A stretch of DNA of 64,000 nt from Lama guanicoe (lineage: Eukaryota), in the NCBI GenBank assembly GCA_013239625.1, contig MU056000.1, forward strand, positions 13,839,175 through 13,903,174, written 5' to 3'. A model generated the notes under the pieces. It ran no database searches and was not told where the DNA came from. It saw only the letters and a program-made list of their open reading frames with translations. This document shows positions 27,780 through 41,318 of this stretch, piece by piece. Numbering within the stretch: the first letter of the stretch is position 1; every line of letters starts with the position of its first letter. A program made the translations under genes and the position numbers.

Positions 27780-28400
27780 AATACTGCTAGAAATATATGC
27801 TCTTGGTATGTGCACCCAAGGGATATACATAGAGACATTTTTCACATTTGCAATACGAAACATGTATAAGATGCATAAGATACGTTATATCAGCAATATT
27901 AACAATACCTGAGGCTACAGAAAACTGAAAACAACCCAAAGCCTTTGGAAGTTGTATGAAGTTGTTAAAATAGATTTATTTTCTCATCATAGTGAAAATG
28001 AATAAACTTTTTCTGTACTTTTTGACATGGATGAATCTCAAAAACAGCACTGAAAAAAATTCACAGAAGTGCATATTTGGCTCATTTATATTTTCAATGC
28101 CCATGAGCCAACAAATATAAGGATAGTTATACACATAAATATAGATAAACAGCTTAACTGTATTTGGTAAAATTATAGAAAAAACACAGGAACGGATAAC
28201 ACAAAATTCAATCTTGATGCGCTCCATATAGAACGGAGAGGGATGTCACAGAGATGCGAAGCTTATTTCTTCAAGGTGGGTGGCTCTCTAATTAGTGTTC
28301 ATTTTATACCTCAACCTGACTATATACTTAAAATGTCAATATACATGATAAATATTATAATGCCAATTGAAAAATAATTGGTCCAGTTTTTTAAATATAT
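27780..28400 (+). mobile_element. Old L1 3' fragment (L1ME-like)
   Basis: aactgaaaacaacccaaa and acatggatgaatctcaaaaaca motifs. Confidence 0.6.
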
Positions 28401-28479
28401 CTGTATATTAAGCAGAGATATATGTGTATCTTTACATACACACATCTTAGACACTCATTATTTCAAATTATGTTCTAAT

Positions 28480-30092
28480 TACCAACTAAGCACAATTTTC
28501 ATAGTTTTATTTATCAATATCTTTCTTTAGGGGTCGTACAATTTGTATTTTTATAAAACATTTCCTATTCAAAGGCATAGTGATGAAATCTACATTTCAT
28601 TTAAGGTTTAATTTTTATATTCTACAAATAAGAAATACTTAGTTTTTATGGTTGGAGGTAGGTAAGTTAGTTCACTTTCATTTTCAAAGCCAGATGACAT
28701 AATCCTGCTTTCAGCTGTTTGTTGAAGTGTCCGTCCGTTCTCCACATTGGCCTGCAAATAACTCTGTCTTATAGCAATTTGATTGTATGGTTTTCAAACG
28801 ATGCAACTTGTATCAACACATTTTTTTCAAAATTGCTATATGGTTTAGTATATCATCAATATTAGTACATTTTGCTTTATGTGTTTGAAAATTACATGTA
28901 TTTTTCAAGTCCACTGAACTATATATATGTATGTATGTGTATATATATATTATATATATAATATATATAGTCAAATATCAAATGTTTTTCTTTTGTTCTT
29001 TGAAATAGTTTTATCATTACTCATTCCCAGTTTCCAAGAGAGATCTGTTACCAGTTTCCCCCAACATTATGGTTTTTTTGTTTGTTTGTTTATTTTGAAT
29101 CTATTTTATTAGGTTCATTCAAGTTTCAAATGGGTGCATCACCCTTGTGACACATCCTACATGTTAATATGAGATGACATTCTTATCATCATGATAGCTT
29201 TCTGTTTTAAAGTATATTTTCTCTGATACTAACATAGTTCTGCCAGGTTTCTTTTGTTAGAATTGTCTATTTTTTTTAAATTCTATTATTTTAAAACTCT
29301 CTCTACCTTTACATCTCATTATTTATCTATTATGAGTAGCATAAATATAACTTGTTTTTCTTATTTTACTCCAGTACAGTAATGCTATTTATTTATCTTA
29401 CTTATGCCACTTTGGCTATTAATGTGTATTTTTACTACTTTATTATGTGTTTCAGATTTGTCTTAATTTTTCTGTTTTCATCCCTTTGTAATGTTACTTT
29501 CCAGTAGATTGTTTAAGGTTTTATTATTATTCCATTTCTCCTCTAATTTTAAATCTGTGTACTAAATTTACTTTCTTTACTCTAGAAATGTTAACATGCT
29601 TTTGTTAACTCAGGAAAATCTAAAACAATTGGTATCTTTAGTCTCTTCCTGAATATTATAACTTTAAATGCTTTAATTTCAGTGCAGTCTCACAACTTCA
29701 TGCCTATAAGATATGGTGATGATGATGAAGCTTGTGGTCTTGTTAATCTGTCAAAGTTGACATTTTATGTTATTACATAGTCAGTATCCTCACATGTACT
29801 GCTTTCCTTGTCATCATTCCTTACTGGGTCTTCCTTTTGAGATAATTTTCTTTCTTTCTAACACATTTTAAAGTAACAATATTAACCTCCTCAACTGTAG
29901 TCGTTTGAAAATATGTCTGTTTCACACTTGTCAAGGAGTTAGTGAGGCCAAGGTGATCTGAAATGACGTGTAAGAAGTGTCACATACACAATTTCTGATA
30001 GGTAGCGCTTTCACATTTTCATTCCCTCCACCCAGAACTAAAGTGAAAACAGAACACATGCCCCATCTTTACTCTTTTTGTTTGGCAGGATG

Positions 30093-30128
<36 letters not shown>

Positions 30129-30230
30129 CTTCATTTAATCTTTTATGAGTGCCATGTTTTGGAATGTTTGGGAGTATTTCATCATACTGAAAAAAAAGCT
30201 ACAGAGTATTACTTATGATTTAAAAGAAAC
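28480..30230 (-). mobile_element. Decayed L1 fragments, with a TA-rich tract at about 28920-28970
   Basis: T-rich plus strand with antisense L1-like phrases. Boundaries are approximate. Confidence 0.5.
30098..30126. repeat. (GT)n microsatellite
   Basis: Perfect GT run read directly. Confidence 0.95.
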
Positions 30231-30269
30231 ATTATGGCAGATTAAAGGAGGCTAAGTCAAAAAAAAAAA

Positions 30270-31560
30270 AACTATTTAGAAAGCTACTGTAGTACTCCAG
30301 TGGAAGTGACGGTTGTTAGGACAGTGATGGGAGTGATGGAGATGGTAAGACGTGGTTCCCTCATGGGTATTTTTTAAAGTATAGCTGGCAGAAGAATGTC
30401 TGAGGAATTGGATACACAGCATGACAGAAAGAGAAGAGCCACACACGACTCTGGGTGATCTGCAGAGCAATCTGAAGACTGTGACCGTCACTGCTGAAGT
30501 GGAGAAGGTCTCTGGGGGAGTAGGTGTACAGAGAAATTGGATTCTGAGGAAGATATTTACTTGAATCATATTGGATTTGAGATCTCTGTGAGGAGATATT
30601 AAAGTGGTTAATGTGATATCCAGGGGAGAAGTGCCCAAGTTGCTGCAGATTTAAATTTGAGAGCCATCAATATGTAGATGCCACAAAAGTCCATTCTATT
30701 GAATGGGATTACGTGGGCAGTAACTCAAGACAGGTCTGAGGTCTGAAAATCAGATGCCCCACAATTCAATGAATAAAGAAATGGGGAAGAAGTAATCAAC
30801 ACACTGAGCTAGAAGAATCGGAGACAGAATCAGAGAATGATGTGCCCTTTAGCTAAAGAAAGAACTTGTTTCTTAAAGGAGTTGTCAATTGTGACAAATG
30901 TTGAAAAATTTTTGAGCAAATGGAGGAATGAGAATTAGACTTTGGATTTTGCAGTGTGAAGGACAAGGGTAATTTTGGTGAAGTTATGAAGACAAAAAAC
31001 TTTTTAGAGTGCATTTTAAAGAGTATGAGAGTAGAGAAAAGGCAGGCTGTTAATACAGACAATTCCTTCAAGGGGTTTTTCAGGAAACGGAATGAAATAA
31101 TAGAGATGTCTCTGGAGGGAAACATTTGGTCAAGGTAGGTTTTCAGTTTTCAGTTTTCGTTTCTTGAATTGACCTTATTTGCAGTAGAAAACAAAGGCTG
31201 TTTTTGAGGACAGGGGAATTATGTATCAGATAAGGAAAAATAAAGATACAGGGAAGAGGAGAAATTATTAACAGTGCGATGTCTAAGAGTGAGCAAGAAA
31301 GGATGTGATTCAGAGCACACACAGAGGGGTGGCCGTAAGCATGGCACGGAGAGCTCATTCACACTAGTGGGATTTTTAAAATTAATTATTTATGGGATTA
31401 CTGCCCATGGGACTAGTTAGGTTGGTAGACACGATAGAAGAAAAATGTAGAAACGCCTTTCCGATTGGTCTTGTTTTGTGTTATTGAAGATCATCTAATG
31501 CATGTAAGGGAATTAGGAGAAGAATTGAAAAACTGTAGATGGAGGAAAACTATAAAATAC
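30270..31560 (-). mobile_element. L2 LINE fragment
   Basis: AG-rich plus strand with typical antisense L2 phrases (gatggagatggtaaga...gaggaattggat; gactttggattttgca...gtaattttggtgaag). Confidence 0.7.
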
Positions 31561-33229
31561 ATATTTAGCAGTACTATATATAATTACTTGAGTTGTTTGA
31601 GTTTCTTTTCAATCAACACGTATTCTAATTCTTCTAGAATTTGATCCTGAAATCAGGAAAGTGTAATTAGTAATCCTTCAATGTATCGACTTACTGGATA
31701 CACAATGACGAAAAAATAGAATGTCTTAGACATTATAATTGTCTGATCAAACTCCTCCTTGTGTGTAGGATCCAAAAGGTTAGAATAGAATTTCTGCAAG
31801 TGAAGACAGATATATAGACCTTGAAAGTTCTGAGACAATATAGACAATCCCACACCTTTTGTCACACTAATTAATGAAATTATGGGCACATTTCATGTAT
31901 TATATATAATTTTTAAAGACAGTGAATTGAGATTAGTTCATAAATTGCTTAATTGGGAGCACCATTCTTAGTGGTTATGCAAAATGATTATTTATCTCAC
32001 CTTGGATGTGAATGAGGATGAGTGTATCTCAATTTAAAGTGATATTCATTCCGTTACTATAATAAAAGTTAACATAGTACTTGTTGCTTATTACTATAAT
32101 CTAACAACACTAAAGCAAAATGCGAGATAAAAAAGAATGCAGGGAAGGAAAACAATCCCAGAGAAATGGAGACACAGACCTGATCAAATGAAGCCTAACG
32201 CCCAGTTTACCTATGAAACTTGCAGGCAGGTACATGAATCAACAAAGTTATTCTAAATCTCAGAACAAACTGAATTATTTTTAGATATTTTGAAGTAATC
32301 TGTCATATGGCATTAGGTAACTAATACATTGACATATGGATGTATAAAAAATTTCAGAAAATATTTTATTGTAGTACTTTGGATCATTGGTTAAAGCAGT
32401 TATCAATTTATTCGTGTGTTAGTCCCTTTGTGTGCTAAGGGGGAAATACCCACTAGGATTCTTTTGTGTGTTAAGGGAAACTGCTAATATGAATACACTT
32501 GTGGAAGACAAATTTTATGGACCAAAATAAGCACACTGACAAGAATAAAAGAATATGTAGAAGCCAAAGGGACTTAAAAACCACCCACTCTTCAGTAACG
32601 GGGTTTTACATTGTTAGATGCAGCTGCTAACAAAAATTAATTTCAGATTAAAAGGCAACAAGGAACGAGTTCATAAAATTTAAATTTAATTTCCAGGACC
32701 TGAAGTTGACAAGTGGACTAAATTTGAAATGTGTGGATCCTACTCTTTGAATACATTTGCATGAGAATTAAGAAAACAAATGAGAAACATTTAATGAATA
32801 AAGAATATGGAAACACTGGTTTCTGGACTTGAGTTACACGGAGAGAAAAAGTGAAACAGGGAGCTAGGCAAATATTCATATCAATTCACAAAACATGAGC
32901 TCGTTTCTGTTCTTGCTGAAACCATGAACTCTGGTTACAGCAGGACCTTTTGGACTCATTAAAGTATGAATAAATAAGCACCTCCCTGACCTTGGATCCT
33001 TTGGGAGTACAACCGTCATGCAAGCAACTAATGAGACAAAGTCCCATTTTGGTGTATTGATCAGGTGGAATACATCCTTGCATTTAATGCACAGAACAAG
33101 GCGAAACAGAATATTCTAGGTGAAATGGGAAACATATAGTTTAGTGATGACTGCATTTTGTAGTGAGTGATGGAGGTGTTCGGTAGTTAAGGTAGGTGGA
33201 GAAATGAGGGCAGAGGATATTCATGAATT

Positions 33230-33735
33230 TAACAAAATTTTATTAACCCAGTTCTATGTCTCAGGAAATTTACTAAATATTTGGCAATACTATGATGAAC
33301 AAAGATGAAAGAGACCTGATTCGTAGACTTGAGATGTTGACCATCCAGAAAAAGTGAAAATATTACAATAAAACGTGGTAAGTGCTCTATGTAAGACTGA
33401 TAAGTGATGTCATTTTAAGGCAGGCATGCAGTTAGAGTATAGAAGGGAAGGAGCTGTAAAATTTGCCTGAGACGTTGAGAAAAAATTCACAGGTGTGACA
33501 TTCGAAAGACTTCTTAAAAGAAAACTGCTGTTTGTAAAGCAGAAGAAAAATGAGAAGAGGGCTTTGAGAGATGGAAAGACGATACAATTATTGAAACAAC
33601 ATGGCCTGTTTGAGGGTCTGTGCCTAAAAGCATGATACACATTTTTCAGAGGATTCAGCTGAGACTAGAGGGCCAAATATTATAAAGAAAAGCCACGTAT
33701 GACCTACATGGAGTTTATTCCTCAGGTAATCAGGA
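33230..33735 (-). mobile_element. L2 3' fragment
   Basis: attcatgaatttaacaaaattttattaacccagttctatgtctcagg resembles the antisense L2 3' terminus. Confidence 0.6.
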
Positions 33736-33939
33736 TCCTGTGTGTGCGCGCGCATGCACGCATGCATGCTCATGAGATTAGTCCTAAATAGATCAAACCG
33801 TTATTAAAAACCATGTTTCTTAAACTTAATTTACATTAGAATCACATTGGTGAGTGGTTCTCAAACCTTACCCTTCATGAGCATCGCATAGACAGCCAGA
33901 TAAAACCCAGCATATTGGACCATAATGAGACTCAGATTC

Positions 33940-34331
33940 ATGGGGTCCCCAGATATTTGGTCAAACACTATTTTGTGTGTGTTTGTAAGAGTGTTTCTGG
34001 ATAAGATTAACATTTAAATTGGAAGACCGAGTAAAGTAGATTGTTCTCTACTATGTGAGTGGGTTTCATCCAGTTAATTGAAGACTTGAATGGAACAAAA
34101 GGCTGAGTCTTCTCTGAATACAAGAGAATTCTCTTGCCTGATGGTTTCTGAGGTATTGGCTCTTCTGGGTTCTGGCCTTAACACGTGCCCTCCGACATGG
34201 GATCTGAGGATTTCAGACCTGCCAGCCTCCGTAACTGGATGAGCCAACATGAGCTAATTCCTTACACTAAATCTCTTTATTGGCTCTGAATCCTATAGGT
34301 TCTGTTTGTCTGAAGAACCTTGACTAATCCA
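33940..34331 (+). mobile_element. ERVL LTR (MLT2-type)
   Basis: cccagatatttggtcaaacactatt...gtgtttctggataagattaacattt...ggttctgtttgtctgaagaaccttgactaatcca, typical MLT2 body and end. Confidence 0.85.
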
Positions 34332-35036
34332 GGTCCAGCTGACAGCAGAATGCAGTTTAACCTTTACTCATCCTTCATCTCAAGACTGAATCCATGCGTT
34401 ATCCTTTCTTTGACATCTCCACTCATCCTCTTAGAGAGACTAAGCAACCATGTTTTATGTTTCTCTAGTCCCTAAAAAGCACAGTAATTATTCATAATGC
34501 AATTATATGCTTACTTTGTCTTTTGCATGAGACTCTTAAATTCCTCAAAAACCAAATATGTCTTCAATACCATTAGTGCCTAAATCACTACACTACCTAG
34601 CAAGTATCATTGATGAATGCATTTCGAGTGAGTCAGTTAATGTATACTTTAGGATAAAGGTGATAAAGCACATCACACCAGAGTACTGGGATGGATACTA
34701 AGGAAGTAGAACATTCCAAGAGGAGGAGAATGATTAATATAGTCAAATATCACAAAGAAATCAAGGGGAAATAATAAAGAAAATATACTCATTGGATTTA
34801 GCTATTAAGAAGAATGATCATAATGGCAGATTTTAAAACACAGTTGGGACAAAATATACATTATCCTGCACTGAGGCTCTAACAAAGAAATGGAGGGAGA
34901 TGATGAGAAATTCACTTGGAAAAAATATATTAAGAACTACTTTTTGAGTACCTAATAGAGCTGTTACTGTACTAAGAAGTCATATAGAAGGACAAGTAAA
35001 CCGCAGCATACAGGTTTGAAAGGATATGTACTATCC

Positions 35037-35061
35037 AGTAGTAGTAGTAGTAGTAGTAGTA

Positions 35062-35101
<40 letters not shown>
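35037..35101. repeat. Compound trinucleotide microsatellite (AGT)n(AAT)n
   Basis: Read directly; an uninterrupted AGT block followed by an AAT block. Confidence 0.97.
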
Positions 35102-35102
<1 letters not shown>

Positions 35103-35132
35103 CTTGCCAAATTTTTACAGATATTTTAGGGT

Positions 35133-36110
35133 CATGGTAGGTAGAATTCTAAAGATGCCAGCACAAGATTCCTGTCCTTGGTTATTCAACTTAATATGAA
35201 TCTGAATACTGTTGTGAAGGGATTTTTGCAGATAAAATTAAAGTCCCAAGTCATCTGACCTTAAAATATAGAGTTTATCTGGGTGGGCCTGACCCAATCA
35301 GGTGAAGGCCACTAAAAGCAGAGACTTTCTCCAGATGGCAGCAGAAGAGAAAGTTAAAGAAATTCAGGCATAAGAAGGACATGACACACAGTCACTTGTT
35401 TGAAGAAGGTGGGGGCTATATGCGGAGGAAGGCCAGCAGCCTCTAAGAGGAGAGAGATGCCCAAGTTGACAACTAGAAAAAAAAAGGGAGACCCACATCC
35501 TCAAGGAAGTGGATTCTGACAGAAAGAACGAGCATTAAATCAGATTCTTCACGAAGTAAGCCAGAAAGAGAAAGAAAAATATCATATGATATTGCTTACA
35601 TGTAGAGTCTAAAAAAACAAACAAACAAACAAACAGACTTATTTACAAAACAGAAACAGATTCACAGACGTAGAAAACAAACATGAGTACTGGGGGGGAG
35701 GGTGTGGGAAGGGGTAAACTGAGAGCTCGAGATTTGCAGATACTAACTAATATGTATAAAATAAACAACAAATTTATGCTGTATAGCACAGGAAACTTTA
35801 TTCAATATCTTGTAGTAACTTATGGTGAAAAAGAATACAAAAACAAATATATGTATGTTCCTATGTGACTGAAGCCTTGTGCTGTACCTCAGAAATTGAC
35901 ACAACATTGTAAACTGATTATACTTCAATGAAAATAAATAAATAAATAAGTAAGTAAATAATCAGATTCTTCCCTGGAGCCTCCCAATAAGAGCCCAGCC
36001 CAGCTGACACATGACTTCAGTCTTTCCAGATCTAAAGCAGAGAATGCAGCTGAACCCTCCTGGATTTCTGCCCTACAGAAATCATATGAGTATTTGTTAC
36101 ACATTAATGG
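35133..36110 (+). mobile_element. MaLR LTR (MLT1D/E-like), split by an L1 insertion
   Basis: tggtaggtagaattctaaagatg...gtgaagggatttttgcagat...ctgggtgggcctgacccaatcaggtga. Resumes after 35960 with cagattcttccctggagcctcc...ctgccctacagaaa. Confidence 0.8.
35551..35959 (+). mobile_element. Young 5'-truncated L1 3' end with a 13-bp TSD
   Basis: Cetartiodactyl-type L1 3' UTR (gaagtaagccagaaagagaaagaaaaata...ctgtatagcacagg...tatacttcaat) with an (AAAT)n tail. TSD aatcagattcttc at 35538-35550 and 35960-35972. Confidence 0.88.
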
Positions 36111-36439
36111 AAGAGTCATAGAAGTTATCAAATAGCTGTATTATGAATTACATTGCTGCCGGTAACAGAAATGTTCCACAGGTATTTATTTAGAACGTTC
36201 TCTTCCCCAGAGACTGTGACACCTGATAAGAAGGCAACACTTTCTATTCCCCTGAGCAGAGACAACATATTGAATTCATTTGATTCTTAGTGTGTTCTTT
36301 AAAATGCTGAAAATAATCTTATGTCACAGAACGCATTTTAAAAATAAGTAACAGAATAAACCTCAATCAATTCAAATACCTGACTGGTACTTAGGTCCCA
36401 TGGACATCGATTTCCATGGAGGACCATGTTAGGATGAGT

Positions 36440-36585
36440 GCAGATCTAGGAACCAAAATATTTAGATTCATATTTTGTATGAGTCTCATGTTCTTTTATC
36501 TAAAAAAATGAGAATGATACCTTTCCTCTCTATTTCACAGAGATTTCTGTTAGGATGACACGTCTGTAAAGTGCTCCCTGCAAGG
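36440..36585 (+). mobile_element. MIR fragment
   Basis: gagtctcatgttcttttatctaaaaaaatgagaatgatacct...tcacagagatttctgttaggatga. Confidence 0.55.
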
Positions 36586-37099
36586 ACAAATAGCAGCTGG
36601 TTACATTTAGCTGCAGCAGCAAAAGATGTCACAGACCAGATCCATGTTTCCTGCCTTTCCTGCATGACTAGGCAGCTGCAAAAATGCTTTGACCCAGAAC
36701 CACAGGATGAAAGAAGGCAGAGCCAAACACCATGTAATTAACAGCTGCATTGCGCCTGCGCTCTGCCTGCCTGCTCAAAGGATGCTCACTTCAGCTGTGA
36801 CAACCCTCAACCTTCACACTGGCCCTCTAGCATGAGGCCTGTTCACCTCAAGGAAGGGGGCAACATTTTTTGTTTTGGTTTGTGTGTGTGTGTGTTTTGC
36901 TTTGTTTTGTTTTGGCACAGAGTTGCTTTGCTTTTATTTTCTCTTAAATTCTGGTTCATTTCTTCACCTGCCCAGATGAGGCCCCTTTCTCTTACTTGCA
37001 CAAACCCCTAGGTAGGATGAATAGGTATTTTAAAACATTGACTCCTAATTGTAACTCCTTAGAACAACAGTCTCCTCAAAACCGTTAGATTAAGATTTT

Positions 37100-38260
37100 T
37101 AAAAATCTGTTTTCTGTTCATGAAAGACACTGTCCAGAGGATGAGAAGACAAGACACAGACTGGGAGAAAATATTTGCAAAAGACATATCTGATAAATCA
37201 GTTATCCAAAACATGCAAATAACTCTTAGAATTCATCAAGAAAACAACCTGATTCAAAAATGGTTCAAAGGCCTTAATAAACACCTCGCCAAACAAAACA
37301 TACAGATGGCAAATAAGCATATGAAAAGATGCTCCACATATATGTCAGGAAAATACAAATTAAAACAACAGGATACCATTATATATCCATTAAAGTGTCC
37401 CAAATCCAGGGAACACTAACAACACCAAATGCTAGGGAGGAAGTGGAGCAACAGGAACTCTTATTCATTCATATCTGGTGGGTATGTAAAATGGCACAGC
37501 CACTTTGTAAGACATTTTGTCAATTTCTTACAAAACTAAACATACTCTCCCCATATGATACAGCAATTGCACATTTTGGTATTAGCTCAAAGGAGCTGAA
37601 AACTTCTGTCGACATGAAAACCTAGACATGAATGCTTATAGCAGCTTTATTTCATCATTATCAAGAACTTGGAAACAACCAAGATTGTCTTCAGTAGATG
37701 GATGAGTAAAGAAACTGTGGTACATCCTAACAATGGAATATTAGTGAATGTTAAAAAGAAATGAGCAATCAAGACATGAAAAGACATGGTGGAATCTTAA
37801 ATCTATATTACTAAGGAAAAGAAGCCATTCTGAAAGGCAACATGTTGTATAAATCCAACAACATGACATTCAGGAAGAGGCCAAACTAGGGAGCCAATAA
37901 AAAGATCAGTGGTTACCTGGGGTAGGGATGGGGAGACATGAATGGGCAGAGCACAGAAGATTTTTAGTGCAGTCAAAATACTCTATATGATACTATCATG
38001 ATGAGAACATGCCATTATACAGCTGTCCAAACCCAAAGGAGACCAAGAATGAACCTCAAATTAAACCATGGACTTGGTTGATTATGACGTGTCAATATAG
38101 GTTCATCAATTATAACAAATGTATCACTCCGGTGGGAGATGTTGATAGTCGAGGATGCTAAGCACGTGTAGGTGCTGGGGGGATATGGGAGATCTCCATA
38201 CATTCTTCTCGATTTTGCTGTGAACCTAAAACTTCACTAAAAAAATAAAACCTTAAAAAA
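37100..38260 (+). mobile_element. L1MC1-like ORF2 C-terminus and 3' UTR
   Basis: ORF 37120-37419 (KDTVQRMRRQDTDWEKIFAKDISDK...QMANKHMKRCST) is the L1 ORF2 C-terminus. The 3' UTR ends ttttgctgtgaacctaaaact...aaaaaataaa. Confidence 0.9.
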
Positions 38261-39369
38261 ATCCTGTTTGAAAAAGTATCCACAACAGAATACACTAGAA
38301 AATAGTTGGATGACATGGCTCATGTTGAAATTAATGCTTACAAGCAATTGTACCTGGAAGGGCTTCCAACTCTATTTCATAGACACTGAAGTCAAGCAAT
38401 CCGTAAGTGGATGTGCACTTTTCTAAACAGTGTCTCCCAATATGGCTATAAAATCTTAACTATTGCTCATTCTTTCTACATACCTGTTTATGATTAGGAT
38501 TAAATTATATCTTAGTAATGCTCATTGAGATATCTCTAAGGCTATTTTATTACCATCCATAAAATTCAGGATATTATGTTTTACTTAGTAGATGTGTATT
38601 AACTCATTTCCCGTATGAAGTACCAACAAGTGGTTTAAAAAAAAAACTTAGTAAGTATATCTTTAAGATGTTACTTTAGCAAAAATGAACATTTCCTTTG
38701 GTAATGATTGAAAACAGTAGAGTTTTTATGATATACATGAACTCATGTATGTTTATAAATCAGCTTCTGCTTGATGCAAACATTATTTGGACTGAGGTGA
38801 GATTTAGAAACAATCTAAAGTACGGCCTCTGATTAAAATACCCCTGTAATTGAACTAGATGCTATTTTTAAAAGTTCCTATTGTTTCCAACAAGCAAATA
38901 TCATTCTCTCCAGGGATTCCTACCTTCCGTCTTCTATCCATGGAGCTTGTTCCCAAGAACTACACACTATTTATGGAACCTTTCAAATGTCTTTATCATT
39001 TCCTTTTGAATATATCAATCCATTTATTCCTTTATTTTAAAACTAATTTTCAATGAGCCTTTATCATGTGACAGTCATTTTGTTGTTCTTGGGTGACTAA
39101 GAACATGCAATTCTAGGTCTAGTCTCGTTATGTTGAAAATGAATATTAACCAGAATGATAACAAGTGAACCCACTCATGTATTCTTTATAATGCTCATTT
39201 TAAAGTAATTAGTGATGCTTATTTTCAAAGAGAACATTATGTCGAAAAAATTATCTAAATGGAAACCACTTGAGTTGATTTTTCAGATGCAAAACATGAA
39301 AAATTCAGGTAGAACAAGAGAAGACTGGAGTGGTTTAATTATTGATTTGTAATAAAGAGCATTATAAAA

Positions 39370-40390
39370 GTACATAAACCACAATGAGCTATCACCCCAT
39401 GCCCACTAGAATGGATATAATCAAAAAGGTATGTAATGATAAACATTGATAACAATATAGAGAAATTGGAACCCTCATACAGAGATGGTATGAATGTAAA
39501 ATGTAGCAACTTTGGAAGACAGTCTGGTTGCTCGTCCAAAGTTTAAATATAGAGTTTCTGTGTGACCTCGTAATCCCACTCTTAGGTACACACCCAAGAG
39601 AAATGAAAACCCATCCATATGGAGATACTCATAGTCATGTTCATAACAGCATTATTCAAACTAGGCAAGAAGTAGAAACAGCCCAAACATCTGCCCTGAT
39701 AGATAAAGTGACAAAGGGACAAATAAAATGTAGTATATCCGTATAGTGGAATATTTTTTAGCAATAAGAACGAATGAAACACTGCTACATGCTACAGTGT
39801 AAATGAACTTTGAAAATACCGCGCTGAGCGAAGTAAGCCAGTCACAAAGGACCACGGGTCATATGATTCTTTTATATGAAATGCTATAGACTGAATGTTC
39901 ATGTTCCCTTGCCAAAATTCAGAGTGGAACACTCATCTGTGAGATTAGTGCCTCCAGAGAGATTCTTTGCCCTTGTATCAGGTGAGTTCACCAGAAGAAG
40001 GCAGCCACTTATGAACCTGGACTGGGTTTTCACCAGATAGCAAAGCTGTTGCCCCTTAATCTTGGACTTCCAGCCTCCAGAACTGTGAGAAATAAATGTT
40101 TGTTGTTTGAAGCACTCAGTTTATGGCATTTTGTTATATTGGCCCAAACAGACTAAGACGTCTATAGAAACTGGAAGCAGATTAGTGGCTTCTTGAGTTG
40201 AGGCACAAGGAGTGGGGTTTAAACGGTGATGACCAAGGGGTACAGGATTTCTTTCTGAAATCATGAATATATTCTAAAACAGACTGTAGTGATTGATGCA
40301 CAAGTCTGAATATACTAAAAGTCATTAAACTGTACCCTTTGAAAGGGTGAATTGCATGATTTGTAAATTATTTATAAATGAAGTTTCAAT
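39370..40390 (+). mobile_element. L1MB-like 3' end interrupted by an MLT1A LTR
   Basis: taaaccacaatgagctatcac...gagaaattggaaccctcatac; resumes after 40160 with agattagtggct...attaaactgtaccctttgaaagggtgaattg. Confidence 0.85.
39882..40160 (+). mobile_element. MaLR LTR (MLT1A-like, internally deleted)
   Basis: Starts tgctatagactgaatgtt; ends cttggacttccagcctccagaactgtgagaaataaatgtttgttgttt...acagactaagac. Confidence 0.88.
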
Positions 40391-41318
40391 TTTTTTAAAT
40401 TTCTCATACCTTCTGAGGACAAGCAAAAGAGAACATAATTACTTTTTACATAGCACTGTTTTCTTAATGTGAAGTATTCTTAATTTTAATATATTTATAG
40501 TTCTCTTGTGAATATGTAGAAATCTTTTAAAATTATACATACTTTCTGCATACAATGCTAAACTTGGGGCAATTTGTACCTCTGGTTTATTTCTCAACAT
40601 GTAAAGAAAGATTTCATTTTCATGACAGTAAATCCGTTTTCCTAGCATTTTATTCTAATTTCATTTGAACATAGTCATGCACATCTTTTTGAACTCAGAG
40701 ATAATTATTGGTATTTATGCTTTTTTCAAAACCTAGGTATTTAGCATAATGCCATGCTCTGGATGAGGATGAGACAAGAGCCTTCCTCAGCTGTGTATGA
40801 TATACTTCTCTTAAAAGGGACACAGACCTGCCCGTGGAAATCCCAAGAGTTATTCTTTTACTGTAAAAGTTTTGATGTTAATTGAAGCTGGAGGAGGGGT
40901 GCTTTATTGATAAAATAATTCAAGTACAATGTTAAGATTTTCTTCTCTTCTTTTTATTTTCCTAAACCGTTTCGCCGCATATGAAGTATTCCTCTTCTAC
41001 TTAAGTAAGGCATAGGCACATAACAAAGCAAGTCTCACAATTACGAAGAGAACCAAGTATTTTGACTCAGTGATGCAGACTAAGTGTTCTGTGATGCCAA
41101 CTTCCCACCACTATGAGGGGATTAAAGTAAAGGAAAAGGTATAAGATTTATTCACTGTATCTGACAATGAATAATTGTGTCTACTGCATTCTGTGCACTC
41201 TGCTCGCCCCTGGCATAAACAATAAAAGTGGCAAAAGCCTTGCTCTGGAGAAGATCTCAGTATAAATCTTCATGTATAAGTGACTTCTTTCCTATGATAA
41301 TAAAATAAAGACGTTTAC

